Translations under genes and position numbers: made by a program
Source of the DNA: Mustelus asterias
Lineage: Eukaryota
Assembly: GCF_964213995.1 (NCBI RefSeq)
Contig: NC_135820.1
Span: forward strand, 34,286,001-34,350,000
Direction of reading: 5' to 3'
Length of the DNA stretch: 64,000 nt
Shown: positions 27,401 through 38,711 of the stretch, in pieces
Position numbering within the stretch: position 1 is the first letter of the stretch
How the letters are laid out: every line of letters begins with the position of its first letter
The notes under the pieces: model-generated
Seen by the model: the letters and a program-made list of their open reading frames with translations, nothing else
Database searches by the model: none
Told to the model about the DNA's origin: nothing

Positions 27401-27671
27401 CAGAGAGAGAATCCGGTCGCTGCCTCCCACACTTATTAAAAACAAAATCACTCTAACCCCTCCACTAATGCAGGGGCATTAACTTGTTCTAGGGCCCAAA
27501 ATTCCACTCGACGATAAGCAGGCAAAAGTTTGCAGCTCTCTTTAACTTTCTTCAAGTGTAATATTTAAAGGATTGTTAAATAAGAGGTAAAGGAGGCTGA
27601 TTGAATTTTACACTTGGCTCCATTTACAAAGGATATTTGTTGAATATAAATTGTACTTTTTGTTGTTACAG

Positions 27672-27770
27672 AAACTGGAGTTGTTTGTCACAAACTGCAG
27701 AGAAGCTTCCACTTTGTTGCTGGACACCATTAGAACATTTGAATTTGACAAAACCGGTATCAGCGCACAG
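27672..27770 (+). CDS. RhoGEF exon F KLELFVTNCREASTLLLDTIRTFEFDKTGISAQ
   Basis: Acceptor ttgttacAG, donor CAG|gtacat; 99 nt, phase 0/0. Confidence 0.85.
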
Positions 27771-28651
27771 GTACATATCAAACAAAAGACAAAAATGGAC
27801 TAGGAATGTGCCAGAAAATAAAAAAAAGAGGAAGTAGAGATAACATGATTACAAAACTCTCTGACATATTCTTCAAAATGCTGACAAACGTATTTGGATC
27901 TAACATGAAAATATGAGCAATTGATGGAAATGGTTCAAAAATGCATGGAGCTATTTCACTTCTACATGAGTAGATATAATCATTGACCAGTCAGCCGTAG
28001 GTAAATGATGATGGAGTCAGGCTTGTGCAAATCAGGCAATGTAATGATAACGAAACATCTTCCTAGAGGGAAGGTTGATGATCAGTTGTTGTAATTACCT
28101 GAGCATTACAGCCAGGTGTAAAACCAGTTTTGTGGATCAAGTATCCTTCCAAAGCTGTCTGATGTTCATATATAATTGATTCAAGCTGAAACTGTACCTC
28201 AATGTTTGGGTGAAAATTGGTTCCAATGTTAACTTGTTGGACTCCGTTTTTCAGACTGAGGAATTCAAACCACTCGTCAACCTTTTAATGAAGACGTTAA
28301 CTTACTGAAGTAAACAGTTTCACACCTGTATTAAAATAGTATCTGAAAGAAAGTTGTACAAATAAATTGTTACCTGCTTGTGATGGTTTTGTGAATAATT
28401 GTGGTAACCCAAGAGGATCTTACTGTTGACATATTAAGAACATAAAAACTTGGAGTAGCAGTAGTCAATTCAACCCCTGAACCTGCTCTGCCATTCAATA
28501 GGATCACAGCTGATCTCATCTTGGCCTCAACTCTACTTTCCTGCCCATTCCCCATAACTCTTCAACACATTACTAATTTAAAAATCTGTCTATCTCCTCA
28601 AATTTACTCAAAGGCCTGGTATCTACTGCATTCTGAGGTAGTGAATTCCAC

Positions 28652-29045
28652 GGGGGAGGCAATCGCCTAGTGGTATTATCGCTAGACTATAAATCCAGAA
28701 ACTCAGCTAATGATCTGGGGACCCGTGTTCGAATTCTGCCACGGCAGGTGGTGGATTTTGAATTCAATAAATGATATCTGGAATTAAGAATTCACTGATA
28801 ACCATGAAATCGTTGTCGATTGTTGGAAAAACTCATCCAGTTCACTAATGTCCTTCCGGGAAGGAAATCTGCCGTTCTGACCTGGTCTCACCTACATGTG
28901 ACTCCAGAGCCACAGCAAATGTGGTTGACTCTCAAATGCCCTCTGAAATGGCCTAGCAAGCCATTCAGTTGTCACCACCACCTCCTCAAGGGCAACTAGG
29001 GATGGGCAATAAGCTAGGGACGCCCATGTCCCACGGCTGAATTAA
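28652..29045 (+). mobile_element. tRNA-derived SINE family 2 (tail shared with the L2/CR1-group LINE), nested in a minus-strand CR1 3' end (28433-29200)
   Basis: A box CCTAGTGG, B box GTTCGAATT; tail GGGCAACTAGGGATGGGCAATAA. Confidence 0.8.
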
Positions 29046-29505
29046 AAACAGATTCATGACCCTTTGAGAGAAGTAATTTCTCCTCATGCCTATTTTAAAT
29101 CTGCTACCTCTTATCTTAAAACTCTGACCTCTCATTCTAGAAAACCTAAATCTTCTCCAGCCTTTATGTTCTCTTTTAGATTTTGTACATTGATCCTTCC
29201 CTCTGTGTGTTTGCATTAAGTTAGGAATTTTAACATTTCTCCCACCAGTTCGCCGAGGAGCGGAGAGAAAGTTGAAGTACCGGTAGCATTTGAACAAATA
29301 TCGATCATAGATCGCCTTCACTAATTGCAAACTGAGTTGTGCAGGGACAATTACTTTATTAACACATCTCAATTGCCCTTTTGCCAGCCTGCAATATTAT
29401 CAAAGATCTTCTATTCTGTTTGTAAGCTTGATGTGCCCATAGTATTATCGCTTTTTGACAATCTCCATTCTGCAGCTGCAATTTTATCTTTAATTTTGTT
29501 TTAAG

Positions 29506-29654
29506 GAAGTGATTGATTGCATCAGTAAGCACAAGCTGACGATGAAACATGTTCTGCAAGATGCCCGATTAGTTACTTTACAGTTGGAAGGTGGAGCAAT
29601 TCTTGCCAGGCTCAAGAAAGAGGAATCTAGATTCAGCTTCTCTGAGGATTACAG
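29506..29654 (+). CDS. RhoGEF exon G EVIDCISKHKLTMKHVLQDARLVTLQLEGGAILARLKKEE...SEDY(R)
   Basis: Acceptor ttttgttttaAG, donor AG|gtagga; LxLEGGxxLARL family motif; phase 0/2. Confidence 0.92.
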
Positions 29655-31381
29655 GTAGGAACCTAACAATTTAAGGATGTTTATTGATTATAATTTTTGC
29701 CAAGGCATCTATTGTATTGACATCAATACAATTATCAGCTGCATAGTCATTGTTTGAAACTACTAACAAACAATGAATTAATGCAGAGAATATTCAGGTA
29801 GTGTACAACACCTCCACTGCCACTGAAACCTTCATTTCCACTTTCATCACTTCTATGTTAGATTTAACATATACTCCTTGCTAAGTTCCAGGTTTTTTAT
29901 GCTACATTGTTTCAATCTGAACACAACTGTGGCAGCCACGTTCTACTCCATACCTATTTACCTATCACCTCTCATCTGGATGGTCTCTACCTATCTCTCA
30001 ATCTTCAAAGAATTGGTTTGAAAATCTGACTTGTTTATAAATTTCTCCACAGCCTCACCTCTACCCCCTCCCCCATCCCTCTGCAGCCTGAATGTCTCAG
30101 CTAGCTCTCCCTGCTTTTCTCACTCTAACCTAGTGAGCGATGACCAGGCCTACAGGCAATATAACGCCGCCCTTCGGAATTCCTTTCCTAATCTCCTCCA
30201 CCTCACTCACACACATTCGATTTACAAAACCCTCCTCAAAATCCAAACTTCATACACATATTCAGTTACTTCCACTAATTTTAGCTCCATTTTGTAAAAT
30301 CTTTTTGATGAAGTGTAACAGGATTATTTTTGCCAGGCTTAAGGCTTTATATAAGTATACCAAAGATAATTACATTCTCAGTGAGTTAACTCCATCTGCC
30401 ATTTATCCTTTCTTACTCACTTGCATTTGCCTTTTACCCTTGGTGCTTCCTGTGCCTATTGTGTTCCATGATTCCTCTGGAGTGCTCGCTGTTCTTCCTG
30501 CTTTGTTCTTTCTTATTGAATCTTCCACAATGTTGCTGATCTATCTGTCCCTTAGTCTGCAACTGTACTCATGGTGGTCTGTTCAGTCCTATTATCAGTG
30601 AAAAGGATTGATAGTAGGCCATTGGGTTGTTCCACCGATGCTGTGCTCTCCAACCAGTGTAGAAAATAGATTAGTTGGTAGCGTGAGGCAATTCCATTTC
30701 CCAGCATTGCCTCTCAGCCTTTCTAGATTAGGTTTGTGAGACCAGAAGCAGGAAAAAACAAAGATTTATCCAGGCAGATCACTCTGGAGAGAGATTCAGA
30801 GGGACATCAGGGAGATAAGTGTGGAGAAGGGCATTAACCATCTCCACCATCTCTCCCCCCCCCCCCACCCACCTCACACCCCCCATTTTTCTTTTTACAT
30901 TTCACTTTATGGTCCATACCTCAGGGAAAATGTGACTCCAAACAGAGTAAGAACATGAGAATTTTAATGTTGCAATGTTTAGATGAGAAGAATTCCATTT
31001 GTAATCCCCCCCATTCACCAATAAGTCAGAAACATCCATCCTTTATTGGTGAAATGAGTTAATAATATGGGAGTAAAGTAAAGTTTATTTATTAGTCACA
31101 AGTAGGCTTACATTCACATTGCAATGAAGTTACTGTAAAAATCCCCTAGTTGCAGAGGATTTCGCATAAAAAAGATGATTTGAAATAAAACCCAATCAAA
31201 GTAGGTGATCAGCTGCTTGAAGTGTTATCCTCTTCTTCCAGATGCACACTTACTTATTCCCCTCCTTTAGCTGAGAGTGTTGGCCAATGGACTACTCCAG
31301 GGCCACACCAACAATCCACAGCTTTGTTTGTCAGCTGTTATGACCTTTTTGACCTGGGAGTACCTATCCACTATATACAGA

Positions 31382-31745
31382 TGGGAGGTGATGGCCTAGT
31401 GGTATTATGGCTAGACTACTAATCCAGAAACTCAACTAATGCTCTGGGGACTCAGGTTTGAATCCCGCCATGGCAGATGGTGGAATTTAAATTCAATGAA
31501 AAAAAATCTGGAATTAAGAATCCACTGATAACCATGAAGCCATTTTCGATTGTCAGAAAAACTCATCTGGTTCACTAATGTCCTTTAGGGAAGAAAATCT
31601 GCTGTCCTTACCTGGTCTGGCCTACATGTGACTCCAGAGCCACAGCAATGTGGCTGACTCTTAACTGCCCTCCAAGAGCAACTAGGGATGGGCAATAAAT
31701 GCTGGCCAGCCAGCGACACCCATATCCCATCAATGAATAATTTTT
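31382..31745 (+). mobile_element. tRNA-derived SINE family 2
   Basis: Colinear with 28652-29045. Confidence 0.82.
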
Positions 31746-32489
31746 AAAAACCATCGCACCTGTCACAGGTTGTATATCTACGCAGTCTATTCTGATGTTG
31801 TGTGGTTTTGAACAGTAACTTCTTAATAAACCACTTGTGATTTCTTGATCCTTTTTGGGTATCTGTGACTTTTGATTGCATCACTCATCTCCCGCTCCCC
31901 CCATTAAGGCTTCTGACCTCACACCCAACATCCGTGGGACTGGAGCACCCATGCCCCTGGATTTGGGGTTGGATTCCCCTCTCCTGCAATTCATCACTCC
32001 CTCTCCTGGGATTGATCCCTTGATCCTTGGAACACAGACGTAACTTTGTCCTCTGACCTTCTCCACAGTGTTCTCCAATTAGCTGGAAGTCTAGCTTGCT
32101 AATCAGGAAGGGGTCCGGGCATGGTATTCATCATTGACGTCATTTGCATGCTGTACTCCACTGAGTGTGGGTGGGGGAAGTCCTGAATTCCAGATCCCCT
32201 GTGCTCTGTCAGGTCCCCCCCCCACCCTCACCCTCAATTTCCAGGAGGTCAGGTAAAGTACCCTCCCAACCCCAAACTTTCTACAAAGCAGACATGGTTT
32301 TTTCACTATATCATCCGCCAGCCAGTGAAATGTGGAGTAACTTGGTACTTGGACATGTTTTCATGTTTACTAAGCTCTTGCTGGTTGTTTAGCATACAAC
32401 CTCTTTTCCCACACTAATAACTGTAAATGTATATGACTTAAAGCTTCTCACTTGCAGGATTTATAAACTTTCATCCTGTTTATTTGCAG

Positions 32490-32628
32490 GGACACCATTG
32501 ATTCCGTAACATGTCTCTACAATATGCTGGAGGAGAATGTCCATACTCTAGTAATGAGGTCCAATCATTGTCTGCAGCATCTAGAGTTCTTGCAGGATTT
32601 GAGGAGACTGGAGGAGAGATTCAAACAG
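32490..32628 (+). CDS. RhoGEF exon H DTIDSVTCLYNMLEENVHTLVMRSNHCLQHLEFL...RFKQ
   Basis: Acceptor tatttgcAG, donor CAG|gtttga; phase 2/0; spectrin-like repeat. Confidence 0.9.
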
Positions 32629-33206
32629 GTTTGAGATTAATTTATTCAAGGCAGTGTTCAGCAAGATAATAAGACTTGAGGACTAGTGTTCTTTTATCTG
32701 ATTGTGGTTTTAATTATCGGGGTATCATTTGTATGCTTACATGTTAATGTAACAGCCAGTGTAGTAGCAAGAATAGTGTTTTTTAGGTGTATCTATTTCT
32801 CATCAATGAATACACATTATTGTGAAGGGAGTTAACCATGTGTTTGTTAGCTAGTTTTGACTCTTGTTAAAATATGTTTTACTGTAAGTACACCCAAAGT
32901 AACTTCTAATATTCCTGTATTAATTCCATATTATTTAACCCTTATCCTTTCAGGCAACAGCACCCCAGAATGGGGAATTTCTTTTCCTGAATTGTAACAA
33001 AACCAATGTAGCAAATTTCATAGAGATGACTGATTTGATGGATGAAGGGAAAACAATAGACGTGGGGCTGGATTTTCTTGGGCTTCCCACTGGCAGGATC
33101 TTCTGGTCCCACCGATGGTGACTGGTCCTTGCATCAGGTTCCCCAACGGCACAGGCAGTGAGCAATGCAAAACCCCGTTGACATCGTCTTTTTGTTCTTT
33201 CTACAG

Positions 33207-33329
33207 CAAAGCAATTGGCTTCTTAATGAAGGTGAATCGTATTTGCAGGATTTAATTACAAATGGAGATTCACTCGATACCATGCAACAAAAACAGCATA
33301 AGTTTTCTGGATTCTTTATGCTGGCCACA
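33207..33329 (+). CDS. RhoGEF exon I QSNWLLNEGESYLQDL...FSGFFMLAT
   Basis: Acceptor ttctttctacAG, donor gtaagt; 123 nt, phase 0/0; spectrin-like W residue. Confidence 0.88.
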
Positions 33330-34178
33330 GTAAGTTATATTTAGCATTGCTTCAATTGACTGTACCCATATGTTTTATTGTGTAATTGTAATGTCCTAAC
33401 TATGTGGGGGGGTTGTGGGTTTTAAAGAAAAAGATATGGTTTGCACAGGTGGATTCAAAATAATAACAGATTTATTTCAGGAGCTGTTGCCTGTGCAGTG
33501 TAGGAAATGAAACTAAAAAACTGCCTATGTAACATCCAATTACATCACCATTAAATCATATGACTGGCTCTTAAAACAATCATAAAACCACTTAAATATA
33601 GAACAACAGTAGACATTTGATTAAACTCTTAAATATTGAGTTCTTCTTCTCCAATCAGAAGGTGCAAATGTCTGGCCTTGAAATGGGTTAACACCTGAAT
33701 AAAAATGAATACTAGTTTATAACAATCATGTAATGTTGTTATAGAAGTAGCACCAATCAGAAAATATACCCCGGTATGTGTTCACTGAATAGCTTCTTAA
33801 AATCATGCATTTTTAGTTATTAAACTAAAGAGATAATCCTCAATATGACAGATGTTCATGGGGTTACTCCATATATGGACAAGTTTGATTCCATTTGTTG
33901 TTTAAAATATAAGCAGCTACTGTCAGTTTATGTGCACAGTACATAGAAAAACGTATTATACAATAAATATTCCTTGAATAGCCACACTACCAAGAAGCAA
34001 TGCAAACAGCAGGATAGGAAATGAGAACTATCTGATTAAATGGACTGTTAACCGGATCCAAGCTGGCTGGTGAGGCTGAAACCAAGATCTAGAGCTTTTC
34101 TTTACTGAGAGTTTATTGACTTGTTCAACCTCAGCATTCTTCCCATTATACCCAATGTCTCAGCTCTCTCCTATCTAT

Positions 34179-37100
34179 ACAGTATGTAATGGAACCTACA
34201 AGGGAGCAAGCTATTCTAGAACTGGTCCTGTGTAATGAGATGGGAATAATTAATGATCTTGCAGTTAGGGATCTTATTGGAAGAAGCGATCACAGTATGG
34301 TTAAATTTAAAATACAGATGGATCGATAGAAGGTAAAATCCAATATCAGTGTCTTGTGCTTAAACAAAGGAGACTACAAAGGAATGAGGGAGGAGTTGGC
34401 TAAAGTAGACTGGGAGCAAAAACTTTATGGTGAGACAATTGAAGAACAGTGGAGGACTTTCAAAGTGATCTTTCACAGTGCTCAGCAAAAGTATATTCCA
34501 ATGATAAGGAAGGACTGTAGAAAAAGAGATAATCAGGATATCTAAGGAAATAAAGGAGAGTATCAAATTGAAAGAAAATGCATTCAAAGTGGCAAAGATT
34601 AGGGGAACCTAGAGGATTGGGAAATTTTTAAAGGTCAGCAGAAAGCCACGAAAAAAGCTATAAAGAAAAGTAAGATTGATTATGAGAGTAAACTAGCTCA
34701 GAATATAAAAAGAGATAGCAAAGGTTTCTACAAATATATAAAATGAAAAACAGCGGCTGAAGTAAACATTGGTCCTTTAGAGGACGAGAAGGGGGATGTA
34801 ATAACTGGAAATGAGAAAATGGCTGAAGCATTGAACAGATATTTTGTGTTGGTCTTCACAGTGGAAGACACAAATAACATGCCAAAAATTGATGACAGGA
34901 AGGCTATGGCAAATGAGAACCTAGAAATTATCATTATCACAAAAGAGATAGTGTTGGGCAAGTTAATGGGGCTAAAGGTGTTCATGGGGTTGGATGGAAA
35001 ATTTTCGGACTGGAGGCAGGTTGCTAGCGGAGTGCCACAGGGATCGGTGCTTGGTCCTCTGCTCTTTGTGATTTTTATTAATGACTTAGAGGAGGGGGCT
35101 GAAGGGTGGATCAGTAAATTTGCTGATGACACCAAGATTGGTGGAGTAGTGGATGAGGTGGAGGGCTGTTGTAGGCTGCAAAGAGACATAGATAGGATGC
35201 AAAGCTGGGCTGAAAAATGGCAAATGGAGTTTAACCCTGATAAATGTGAGGTGATTCATTTTGGTAGGACTAATTTAAATGTGGATTACAGGGTCAAAGG
35301 TAGGGTTCTGAAGACTGTGGAGGAACAGAGAGATCTTGGGGTCCATATCCACAGATCTCTAAAGGTTGCCACTCAAGTGGATAGAGCTGTGAAGAAGGCA
35401 TATAGTGTGTTAGCTTTTATTAACAGGGGGTTGGAGTTTAAGAGCCGTGGGGTTATGCTGCAACTGTACAGGACCTTGGTGAGACCGCATTTGGAATATT
35501 GCGTGCAGTTCTGGTCACCTCACTATAAGAAGGATGTGGAAGCGCTGGAAAGAGTGCAGAGGAGATTTACCAGGATGCTGCCTGGTTTGGAGTGTCGGTC
35601 TTATGAGGAAAGGTTGAGGGAGCTGGGGCTGTTCTCTTTGGAGCGGAGGAGATTGAGGGGAGACTTAATAGAGGTTTATAAAATGATGAAGGGGATAGAT
35701 CGAGTGAACGTTCAAAGACTATTTCCTCGGGTGGATGGAGCTATTACAAGGGGGCATAACTATAGGGTTCATGGTGGGAGATATCGGAAGGATATCAGAG
35801 GTAGGTTCTTCACGCAGAGAGTGGTTGGGGTGTGGAATGGACTGCCTGCAGTGATAGTGGAGTCAGACACTTTAGGAACATTTAAGCGGTTATTGGATAG
35901 GCACATGGAGCACACCAGGATGGTAGGGAGTGGGATAGCTTGATCTTGGTTTCAGATGAAGGTCGGCACAACATCATGGGCCGAAGGGCCTGTTCTGTGC
36001 TGTAATGTTCTATGTTCTATGTTCTAAGTCTCCTGGTCCTAATGGAATGCATCCCAGGATACTAAAAGAGATGGAGGGAGAAATAGCAAATGCACTAGTG
36101 GTAATTTACCAAAATTCGCTGGTCTCTGGGGTGGTTCCCGCAGATTGGAAAACAGCAAATGTGACGCCACTGTTTAAAAAAGGAGGTAGACAAAAGGCAG
36201 GTAACTATAGGCCGGTTAAATTAACTTCTGTAGTAGGGAAAATGCTTAAATCTATCATCAAGAAAGAAATAGCGAGACATCTGGATATAAATTGTCCCAT
36301 TGGTAAGACGCAGCATGGGTTCATGAAGGGAAGGTCATGTTTGACTAATTTGGTGGAATTCTTTGAGAACATTACAATGGGGACCTGTGGATGTGGGGTA
36401 TCTGGATTTCCAGAAGGCATTTGACAAGGTGCCGCATGAAAGACTGCTGCATAAGATAAAGGTGCACAGTGTTACGGGTAATGTATTAGCATGGATAGAG
36501 GATTGGTTAACTAGCAGAAAGCAAAGAGTGGGGGTAAATGGGTGTTTTTCTGGTTGGCGATCAGTGACTAGTGGTGTGCCTCAGGGATCAATATTTATGA
36601 TTTACATAGATGATTTGGATGGGGACCAAGTGTAGTTTGTCAAAATTCGCAGATGACACTATGATCAAAGTGGCGGAGCAAAGTGTGCCGAGGATGCTGA
36701 AAGTCTGCAAAGGGAGATAGATAGTCTAAGCGAGTGGGCGAGGGTCTGGCAGATGGAGTATAATGTTGGTAAATGTGAGGTCATCCATTTTGGTAGGAAT
36801 AACAGCAAAATTGACTATTATTTAAATGGTAAAAAATTGCAGCATGCTGCTGTGCAGAGGGACCTGGGTGTCCTTGTGCAGGAATCTCAAGGAGTTGGTT
36901 TGCAGGTGCAGCAGGTAATTAAGAAGGCAAATGGAACTTTGTCTTTTATTGTGAGAGGGATGGAGTTTAAAAACAGTGAGGTTATGTTGCAGCTGTATAA
37001 GGTGCTGGTAAGGCCACACCTGGAGTACTGTGTACAGTTTTGGTCTCCTTACTTGAGAAAGGATATAGTGGCACTGGAGGGGTGCAGAGGAGATTCACTA

Positions 37101-37588
37101 GGTTGATTCCGGAGTTGAGAGGGTTGGCTTATGAGGAGAGACTGAGTAGACTGGGGCTATACTCATTGGAATTCAGAAGAATGAGGGGAGATCGCATAGA
37201 AACATATAGGATTATGAAGGGAATAGATAGGATCGAAGCAGGGAAGTTGTTTCCACTGGCGGGTGAAACTAGAACTAGGGGGCGTAGCCTCAAAATAAGG
37301 GGAAGCAGATTTAGGACTGAGTTGAGGAGGAACTTCTTCACGCAAAGGGTTGTGAATCTGTGGAATTCCCTGCCCAGTGAAGCAGTTGAGGCTACCTCAT
37401 TGAATGTTTTTAAGGCAAGGATAGATACATTTTTGAACAGTAAAGGAATTAAGGGTTATGGTGAGCAGACGAGTAAGTGGGGCTGAGTCCATGAAAAGAT
37501 CAGCCATGATCCTATTGAATGGCGGAGCAGGCACGAGGGGCCAGATGGCCTACTCCTGCTCCTAGTTCTTACGATCTTATGTTCTTAT
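34179..37588 (+). mobile_element. Older 5'-truncated CR1 LINE (ORF2 broken by stops and frameshifts), interrupted by a younger CR1
   Basis: EPTREQAILELVLCN, KSPGPNGMHPRILKE, FDKVPH and RPHLEYCVQFW pieces in several frames; 3' tail tcttatgttcttat. Confidence 0.92.
34981..36026 (+). mobile_element. Young 5'-truncated CR1 LINE nested in the older CR1
   Basis: Uninterrupted RT C-terminus (SGVPQGSVLGP...FADD...WNGLP) with its own (TGTTCTA)n tail; the host motif LKV|(D)KSPG is split around it. Confidence 0.9.
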
Positions 37589-38711
37589 ATGCTCTTTTTA
37601 AGAAACGGATGAACCTGTACTTAATTATAAATGTACATGTTATGTGTGCCCTGCCCCGAAGTAGCCCCTTGGCCCGTTGTCAGCTGATGCTTCATCCTGA
37701 GCTCTTGGCAGTTTTTGTCAGTGCTGGTTACCATTGCCTTCCACACTCCGGGAAGGAGGTAGGCCCCAATTCTATCTCTGCCGGTATAGGAATCGAACCT
37801 GCACTGTAGGCATTATTATACAAATTAGGGGCAGGAGTAGGCCACTCAGCCCTTCATACCTGCTCTGAACTGTGTGCTAGCCATCTAGCAACTTGGCTAA
37901 ACTATCCCTGACCCCCTATTTATATCTGTTTCAACTTTAACTATGTAATTAACATTAACAATCCTTAACAATGGAATTGATAAGACTCTGTTGATGGTCT
38001 GTGGTCGAGGCCAGGAAATAAATTACAATTTGTGAGACCTTCCATGATGTTATGATATTCTAATGGGCAGTAACCACAGAAAATCCTAAAAAAAAATAAA
38101 CCCACTGTTTGTTTCATGTATATTTTAACTCACTTGGTGGAAAAAAAATCAAAATTCTTGTTGGTTCTTGTATTCACAATATTAAAAAAGTCAATGAAAT
38201 GATCAAAATTAGTGTTAGGAACCCATTATTGATAAAATCAGATATAGGCAGACTTTATGTAATAACTCAACTTTGTTGTAGGAATGTTTGAGCTGATCTG
38301 TGGTTCTGTGCACATTGCATTCAATCCGTCTCCAATGTTAAGACTGATTTCAGTTACTTTAATCACTCACTCCCTGAGTTACAAGTAGCTTGTCAATGAG
38401 TGGATGAATAACAGCTATGTGTAAGGTGTTAAGAATGTGGCTGAAAATTTAATAATGGCACAAAATGAATGGAGGGCACAGGGCAAAATAATGTTTAGTA
38501 AAACTAAAGTTTTGTTCTAAGCTTTTGCATTCTGGCCTTACAACTCTCTGCCTCTCTAGCTTTAGCTGTTCCTTTAAGGACACTTCTAAAAAAAAACCTG
38601 CCTCCCCTGTTCTAAGAACATAAGAACATAAGAAATAGGAGCAAGAGTAGGCCATCTAGCCCCTCGAGCCTGCCCCGCCATTCAATAAGATCATGGCTGA
38701 TCTGACGTGGA

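Noticed and set aside
34819-35943. Domesticated 374-aa RT gene
   Set aside because: It is explained by an in-frame nested CR1 insertion and lacks the N-terminal RT motifs.
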